The translations under genes and the position numbers were made by a program. Shown here in pieces: positions 56,055 through 64,000 of a DNA stretch of 64,000 bases. A model generated the notes under the pieces. That model made no database searches. It was not told the origin of the DNA and worked only from the letters and a program-made list of their open reading frames with translations. Within the stretch, counting starts at the first letter, position 1. The number at the start of each line of letters is the position of its first letter. The DNA is taken from the NCBI GenBank assembly GCA_964057225.1, contig OZ059898.1, positions 19,406,001-19,470,000 on the forward strand, written 5' to 3'. This DNA is from Auanema rhodensis (Eukaryota > Animalia > Nematoda).

Positions 56055-56469
56055 TTCACCTATCAATGAAAAAAAATTACTAGAAGTTTCCTCTACTAAT
56101 TTATTGCTATTTGAAAGAATCAAACAAGCACTTATATCAAGAAAATTGAATTTACTTGATATTAGTTACTACTACCCAAGTTCTGAATGTAGTTCACAGC
56201 GGAAGAAATCAGAAAAAGTGTTTAAAAGAAAACACTTTAACCAAAAACAACCGTACAACAATATAGCAAGAGACACTGTTGTTACCAACACTGTCAAATG
56301 ATAATTGTTCTGTAAACTTCACTTTTATTCGGCAAATACCAAACAAAATTGAATGAATACAAACAGAACCCTATTCAGGTAGCAGTGACTTTTTCACCAA
56401 ACTCTATTCGAGCTTTCAAACAGGGTTATATGAGCAATTAGCTCAACCCAAACAATAAAATAGTGAAGA

Positions 56470-56484
56470 CCGGTTCGGCCCCCA
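56470..56484 (-). promoter_or_regulatory. Primer-binding site complementary to the 3' end of tRNA-Pro
   Basis: Minus strand reads TGGGGGCCGAACCGG. This is complementary to ...CCGGTTCGGCCC-CCA, the nematode-type tRNA-Pro 3' end as I recall it from C. elegans. Confidence 0.85.
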
Positions 56485-56863
56485 AATCAAAGAACGAAAA
56501 ATAAAAAGAAAAAGATTTATTTAAAAAAACAAAAAAAAATACAAAAAAATTCAAGAGAAAATTCCAAACTGAAAAAAATATAAAAAAATTCCTTATCACA
56601 ATAATTTTAGGACAAAAAACAACTAAATATTGTTTTAATCAGATTACGGTAGTTGATTATCAACAGTTCACTGTTTACCAACAATCTCTAAATGGAGCGC
56701 GATTACTATGGATTGTTTTATCAATGGGTCATTTTATTCAAATTATTCATTTTATTTAATTTTTTCATGAATAATTGTTATCTTAATATTTTATATAAAT
56801 TATATTATATATTTATCTTCATTTATACTATTCCTTTTAGTATCTATAGCCATATTCTTGACA
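56485..56863 (-). repeat. 5' LTR (~379 bp), begins TGTCAAGAATATGG
   Basis: The outer end is fixed by the satellite junction and by the PPT junction of the other copy. The inner end is inferred only from the adjacent PBS, so it is uncertain by a few bp. Confidence 0.85.
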
Positions 56864-59800
56864 AGAAATCTAAAAACATCTACTTTTTGCTAAATTATTT
56901 TGAAGTTTTTCGAAAAAATTTTTGTCAAAATGTTTTTGGAAGCAATGTTGAGTGTACATGGAAACTCAACATACACTAATGCATCATTTTTCAAACGATC
57001 ATAACTAATTTTTGTATTAAGCGTATCTCAATGTAGTATAGTGCATTTGATGCGGATTTTTAAGCTGCGTCGATCTGTGTTATCAGATTTGCGCTAGCTT
57101 AAAAATGCACCGAGATATCAACTGATATAAGTTCACACTTATATCCTCGATTTTCACCCTGAAGAATTATTTTTTTCGTTGAATAACATTGTCCATCGTC
57201 TTTGCCTTGAAAAAAGAAATCTAAAAACATCTACTTTTTGCTAAATTATTTTGAAGTTTTTCGAAAAAATTTTTGTCAAAATGTTTTTGGAAGCAATGTT
57301 GAGTGTACATGGAAACTCAACATACACTAATGCATCATTTTTCAAACGATCATAACTAATTTTTGTATTAAGCGTATCTCAATCTAGTATAGTGCATTTG
57401 ATGCGGATTTTTAAGCTGCGTCGATCTGTGTTATCAGATTTGCGCTAGCTTAAAAATGCACCGAGATATCAACTGATATAAGTTCACACTTATATCCTCG
57501 ATTTTCACCCTGAAGAATTATTTTTTTCGTTGAATAACATTGTCCATCGTCTTTGCCTTGAAAAAAGAAATCTAAAAACATCTACTTTTTGCTAAATTAT
57601 TTTGAAGTTTTTCGAAAAAATTTTTGTCAAAATGTTTTTGGAAGCAATGTTGAGTGTACATGGAAACTCAACATACACTAATGCATCATTTTTCAAACGA
57701 TCATAACTAATTTTTGTATTAAGCGTATCTCAATGTAGTATAGTGCATTTGATGCGGATTTTTAAGCTGCGTCGATCTGTGTTATCAGATTTGCGCTAGC
57801 TTAAAAATGCACCGAGATATCAACTGATATAAGTTCACACTTATATCCTCGATTTTCACCCTGAAGAATTAATTTTTTCGTTGAATAACATTGTCCATCG
57901 TCTTTGCCTTGAAAAAAGGAATCTAAAAACATCTACTTTTTGCTAAATTATTCTGAAATTTTTCGAAAAAATTTTTGTCAAAATGTTTTTGGAAGCAATG
58001 TTGAGTGTACATGGAAACTCAACATACACTAATGCATCATTTTTCAAACGATCATAACTAATTTTTGTATTAAGCGTTTCTCAATGTAGTATAGTGCATT
58101 TGATGCGGATTTTTAAGCTGCGTCGATCTGTGTTATCAGATTTGCGCTAGCTTAAAAATGCACCGAGATATCAACTGATATAAGTTCACACTTATATCCT
58201 CGATTTTCACCCAGAAGAAATAATTTTTTCGTTGAATAACATTGTCCATCTTCTTTGCCTTGAAAAAAGGAATCTAAAAACATCTACTTTTTGCTAAATT
58301 ATTTTGAAGTTTTTCGAAAAAATTTTTGTCAAAATGTTTTTGGAAGCAATGTTGAGTGTACATGGAAACTCAACATACACTAATGCATCATTTTTCAAAC
58401 GATCATAACTAATTTTTGTATTAAGCGTTTCTCAATGTAGTATAGTGCATTTGATGCGGATTTTTAAGCTGCGTCGATCTGTGTTATCAGATTTGCGCTA
58501 GCTTAAAAATGCACCGAGATATCAACTGATATAAGTTCACACTTATATCCTCGATTTTCACCCTGAAGAATTAATTTTTTCGTTGAATAACATTGTCCAT
58601 CGTCTTTGCCTTGAAAAAAGGAATCTAAAAACATCTACTTTTTGCTAAATTATTCTGAAATTTTTCGAAAAAATTTTTGTCAAAATGTTTTTGGAAGCAA
58701 TGTTGAGTGTACATGGAAACTCAACATACACTAATGCATCATTTTTCAAACGATCATAACTAATTTTTGTATTAAGCGTTTCTCAATGTAGTATAGTGCA
58801 TTCGATGCGAATTTTTAAACTGCGTCGATCTGTGTTATCAGATTTGCGCTAGCTTAAAAATGCACCGAGATATCAACTGATATAAGTTCACACTTATATC
58901 CTCGATTTTCACCCTGAAGAATTAATTTTTTCGTTGAATAACATTGTCCATCGTCTTTGCCTTGAAAAAAGGAATCTAAAAACATCTACTTTTTGCTAAA
59001 TTATTCTGAAATTTTTCGAAAAAATTTTTGTCAAAATGTTTTTGGAAGCAATGTTGAGTGTACATGGAAACTCAACATACACTAATGCATCATTTTTCAA
59101 ACGATCATAACTAATTTTTGTATTAAGCGCTTCTCAATGTAGTATAGTGCATTCGATGCGGATTTTTAAGCTGCGTCGATCTGTGTTATCAGATTTGCGC
59201 TAGCTTAAAAATTCACCGAGATATCAACTGATATAAGTTCACACTTATATCCTCGATTTTCACCCTGAAGAATTAATTTTTTCTTTGAATAACATTGTCC
59301 ATCGTCTTTGCCTTGAAAAACGAAATCTGAAAACATCTACTTTTTGCTAAATTATTTTGAAATTTTTCGAAAAAATTTTTGTCAAAATGTTTTTGGAAGC
59401 AATGTTGAGTGTACATGGAAACTCAACATACACTAATGCATCATTTTTCAAACGATCATAACTAATTTTTGTATTAAGCGTTTCTCAATGTAGTATAGTG
59501 CATTTGATGCGGATTTTTAAGCTGCGTCGATCTGTGTTATCAGATTTGCGCTAGCTTAAAAATGCACCGAGACATCAACTGATATAAGTTCACACTTATA
59601 TCCTCGATTTTCACCCTGAAGAAATAATTTTTTCGTTGAATAACATTGTCCATCGTCTTTGCCTTGAAAAAAAAATCTAAAAACATCTACTTTTTGCTAA
59701 ATTATTTTGAAGTTTTTCGAAAAAATTTTTGTCAAAATGTTTTTGGAAGCAATGTTGAGTGTACATGGAAACTCAACATACACTAATGCATCATTTTTCA

Positions 59801-62800
59801 AACGATCATAACTAATTTTTGTATTAAGCGTTTCTCAATGTAGTATAGTGCATTTGATGCGGATTTTTAAGCTGCGTCGATCTGTGTTATCAGATTTGCG
59901 CTAGCTTAAAAATGCACCGAGATATCAACTGATATAAGTTCACACTTATATCCTCGATTTTCACCCTGAAGAATTAATTTTTTCGTTGAATAACATTGTC
60001 CATCGTCTTTGCCTTGAAAAAAGGAATCTAAAAACATCTACTTTTTGCTAAATTATTCTGAAATTTTTCGAAAAAATTTTTGTCAAAATGTTTTTGGAAG
60101 CAATGTTGAGTGTACATGGAAACTCAACATACACTAATGCATCATTTTTCAAACGATCATAACTAATTTTTGTATTAAGCGTTTCTCAATGTAGTATAGT
60201 GCATTCGATGCGGATTTTTAAACTGCGTCGATCTGTGTTATCAGATTTGCGCTAGCTTAAAAATGCACCGAGATATCAACTGATATAAGTTCACACTTAT
60301 ATCCTCGATTTTCACCCTGAAGAATTAATTTTTTCGTTGAATAACATTGTCCATCGTCTTTGCCTTGAAAAAAGGAATCTAAAAACATCTACTTTTTGCT
60401 AAATTATTCTGAAATTTTTCGAAAAAATTTTTGTCAAAATGTTTTTGGAAGCAATGTTGAGTGTACATGGAAACTCAACATACACTAATGCATCATTTTT
60501 CAAACGATCATAACTAATTTTTGTATTAAGCGCTTCTCAATGTAGTATAGTGCATTCGATGCGGATTTTTAAGCTGCGTCGATCTGTGTTATCAGATTTG
60601 CGCTAGCTTAAAAATTCACCGAGATATCAACTGATATAAGTTCACACTTATATCCTCGATTTTCACCCTGAAGAATTAATTTTTTCTTTGAATAACATTG
60701 TCCATCGTCTTTGCCTTGAAAAAAGGAATCTAAAAACATCTACTTTTTGCTAAATTATTCTGAAATTTTTCGAAAAAATTTTTGTCAAAATGTTTTTGGA
60801 AGCAATGTTGAGTGTACATGGAAACTCAACATACACTAATGCATCATTTTTCAAACGATCATAACTAATTTTTGTATTAAGCGCTTCTCAATGTAGTATA
60901 GTGCATTCGATGCGGATTTTTAAGCTGCGTCGATCTGTGTTATCAGATTTGCGCTAGCTTAAAAATTCACCGAGATATCAACTGATATAAGTTCACACTT
61001 ATATCCTCGATTTTCACCCTGAAGAATTAATTTTTTCGTTGAATAACATTGTCCATCGTCTTTGCCTTGAAAAAAGGAATCTAAAAACATCTACTTTTTG
61101 CTAAATTATTCTGAAATTTTTCGAAAAAATTTTTGTCAAAATGTTTTTGGAAGCAATGTTGAGTGTACATGGAAACTCAACATACACTAATGCATCATTT
61201 TTCAAACGATCATAACTAATTTTTGTATTAAGCGCTTCTCAATGTAGTATAGTGCATTCGATGCGGATTTTTAAGCTGCGTCGATCTGTGTTATCAGATT
61301 TGCGCTAGCTTAAAAATTCACCGAGATATCAACTGATATAAGTTCACACTTATATCCTCGATTTTCACCCTGAAGAATTAATTTTTTCTTTGAATAACAT
61401 TGTCCATCGTCTTTGCCTTGAAAAACGAAATCTGAAAACATCTACTTTTTGCTAAATTATTTTGAAATTTTTCGAAAAAATTTTTGTCAAAATGTTTTTG
61501 GAAGCAATGTTGAGTGTACATGGAAACTCAACATACACTAATGCATCATTTTTCAAACGATCATAACTAATTTTTGTATTAAGCGTTTTTCAATGTAGTA
61601 TAGTGCATTCGATGCGGATTTTTAAGCTGCGTCGATCTGTGTTATCAGATTTGCGCTAGCTTAAAAATGCACCGAGATATCAACTGATATAAGTTCACAC
61701 TTATATCCTCGATTTTCACCCTGAAGAATTAATTTTTTCGTTGAATAACATTGTCCATCGTCTTTGCCTCAAAAAAAGGAATCTAAAAACATCTACTTTT
61801 TGCTAAATTATTCTGAAACTTTTCGAAAAAATTTTTGTCAAAATGTTTTTGGAAGCAATGTTGAGTGTACATGGAAACTCAACATACACTAATGCATCAT
61901 TTTTCAAACGATCATAACTAATTTTTGTATTAAGCGTTTCTCAATGTAGTATAGTGCATTTGATGCGGATTTTTAAGCTGCGTCGATCTGTGTTATCAGA
62001 TTTGCGCTAGCTTAAAAATGCACCGAGATATCAACTGATATAAGTTCACACTTATATCCTCGATTTTCACCCTGAAGAATTAATTTTTTCGTTGAATAAC
62101 ATTGTCCATCGTCTTTGCCTTGAAAAAAGGAATCTAAAAACATCTACGTTTTGCTAAATTATTCTGAAATTTTTCGAAAAAATTTTTGTCAAAATGTTTT
62201 TGGAAGCAATGTTGAGTGTACATGGAAACTCAACATACACTAATGCATCATTTTTCAAACGATCATAACTAATTTTTGTATTAAGCGTTTCTCAATGTAG
62301 TATAGTGCATTCGATGCGGATTTTTAAACTGCGTCGATCTGTGTTATCAGATTTGCGCTAGCTTAAAAATGCACCGAGATATCAACTGATATAAGTTCAC
62401 ACTTATATCCTCGATTTTCACCCTGAAGAATTAATTTTTTCGTTGAATAACATTGTCCATCGTCTTTGCCTTGAAAAAAGGAATCTAAAAACATCTACTT
62501 TTTGCTAAATTATTCTGAAATTTTTCGAAAAAATTTTTGTCAAAATGTTTTTGGAAGCAATGTTGAGTGTACATGGAAACTCAACATACACTAATGCATC
62601 ATTTTTCAAACGATCATAACTAATTTTTGTATTAAGCGTTTCTCAATGTAGTATAGTGCCTTCGGTGCGGATGTTTAAGCTGCGTCGATCTGTGTTATCA
62701 GATTTGCGCTAGCTTAAAAATGCACCGAGATATCAACTGATATAAGTTCACACTTATATCCTCGATTTTCACCCTGAAGAATTAATTTTTTCGTTGAATA

Positions 62801-64000
62801 ACATTGTCCATCGTCTTTGCCTTGAAAAAAGGAATCTAAAAACATCTACTTTTTGCTAAATTATTCTGAAATTTTTCGAAAAAATTTTTGTCAAAATGTT
62901 TTTGGAAGCAATGTTGAGTGTACATGGAAACTCAACATACACTAATGCATCATTTTTCAAACGATCATAACTAATTTTTGTATTAAGCGCTTCTCAATGT
63001 AGTATAGTGCATTCGATGCGGATTTTTAAGCTGCGTCGATCTGTGTTATCAGATTTGCGCTAGCTTAAAAATTCACCGAGATATCAACTGATATAAGTTC
63101 ACACTTATATCCTCGATTTTCACCCTGAAGAATTAATTTTTTCGTTGAATAACATTGTCCATCGTCTTTGCCTTGAAAAACGAAATCTGGAAACATCTAC
63201 TTTTTGCTAAATTATTTTGAAATTTTTCGAAAAAATTTTTGTCAAAATGTTTTTGGAAGCAATGTTGAGTGTACATGGAAACTCAACATACACTAATGCA
63301 TCATTTTTCAAACGATCATAACTAATTTTTGTATTAAGCGTTTTTCAATGTAGTATAGTGCATTCGATGCGGATTTTTAAGCTGCGTCGATCTGTGTTAT
63401 CAGATTTGCGCTAGCTTAAAAATGCACCGAGATATCAACTGATATAAGTTCACACTTATATCCTCGATTTTCACCCTGAAGAATTAATTTTTTCGTTGAA
63501 TAACATTGTCCATCGTCTTTGCCTCAAAAAAAGGAATCTAAAAACATCTACTTTTTGCTAAATTATTCTGAAATTTTTCGAAAAAATTTTTGTCAAAATG
63601 TTTTTGGAAGCAATGTTGAGTGTACATGGAAAGTCAACATACACTAATGCATCATTTTTCAAACGATCATAACTAATTTTTGTATTAAGCGTTTCTCAAT
63701 GTAGTATAGTGCATTCGATGCGGATTTGTAAGCTGCGTCGATCTGTGTTATTAGATTTGCGCTAGCTTAAAAATTCACCGAGATATCAACTGGTATAAGT
63801 TCACACTTATATCCTCGATTTTCACCCTGAAGAATTAATTTTTTCGTTGAATAACATTGTCCATCGTCTTTGCCTCAAAAAAAGGAATCTAAAAACATCT
63901 ACTTTTTGCTAAATTATTCTGAAATTTTTCGAAAAAATTTTTGTCAAAATGTTTTTGGAAGCAATGTTGAGTGTACATGGAAACTCAACATACACTAATG
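56864..64000. repeat. Same 351-bp satellite, right block, ~20 copies, same orientation (runs off the window end)
   Basis: Resumes with AGAAATCTAAAAACATC immediately after the LTR end TTGACA, with the same monomer and period. Confidence 0.99.

Larger units (their letters stand above)
47995..56863 (-). mobile_element. Ty3/Gypsy (Metaviridae) LTR retrotransposon insert: one LTR-to-LTR unit plus a second, truncated internal region sharing the middle LTR
   Basis: Domain order Gag(CCHC)-PR-RT-RNase H-IN; two LTR copies 6332 bp apart; a PBS after each LTR; a PPT before the second LTR. Confidence 0.96.

Noticed and set aside
56055-56123. ORF-track start at 56123 (and 49791)
   Set aside because: The codon is TTG. 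In-frame stops TAG-TAG-TAA lie shortly upstream, and the first ATG is at 56054.
55495-56301. 268-aa antisense ORF (copy at 49163-49969)
   Set aside because: It starts at TTG, mostly shadows gag on the opposite strand, is Ser/Leu/Ile/Phe-rich and has no recognisable motif. It is long, but nothing else supports it as a gene.
56292-56863. 572-bp LTR with perfect TGTCAA...TTGACA termini followed by GTGT-TGGTAAC
   Set aside because: The strong tRNA-Pro PBS would fall inside it, and TGGTAACAACAG is not a convincing tRNA complement. The shorter LTR is preferred, though not proven.
47990-56868. Target-site duplication
   Set aside because: The flanks are AAAAA on the left and AGAAA on the right, and rejoining them gives a normal monomer with no duplicated bases.

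Overview
Eukaryotic DNA, probably nematode. About 55 kb is a homogeneous AT-rich tandem satellite with a 351-bp monomer (~137 copies at 1-47994, ~20 copies at 56864-64000). The monomer is rich in dyad symmetries, and the array carries local higher-order repeats of 3 to 14 monomers. It is interrupted by one 8.87-kb minus-strand Ty3/Gypsy LTR retrotransposon insert arranged LTR-PBS(tRNA-Pro)-gag/pol-PPT-LTR-PBS-gag/partial protease, i.e. a shared-LTR tandem of ~1.4 units. The long ORF is open, but its integrase stops just after the first catalytic Asp and continues in frame into an unassigned ~338-aa domain. The insert has one clean TG LTR terminus and one internal break, shows no target-site duplication, and the satellite stays in register across it. 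All comparisons were made by eye; no searches were run.
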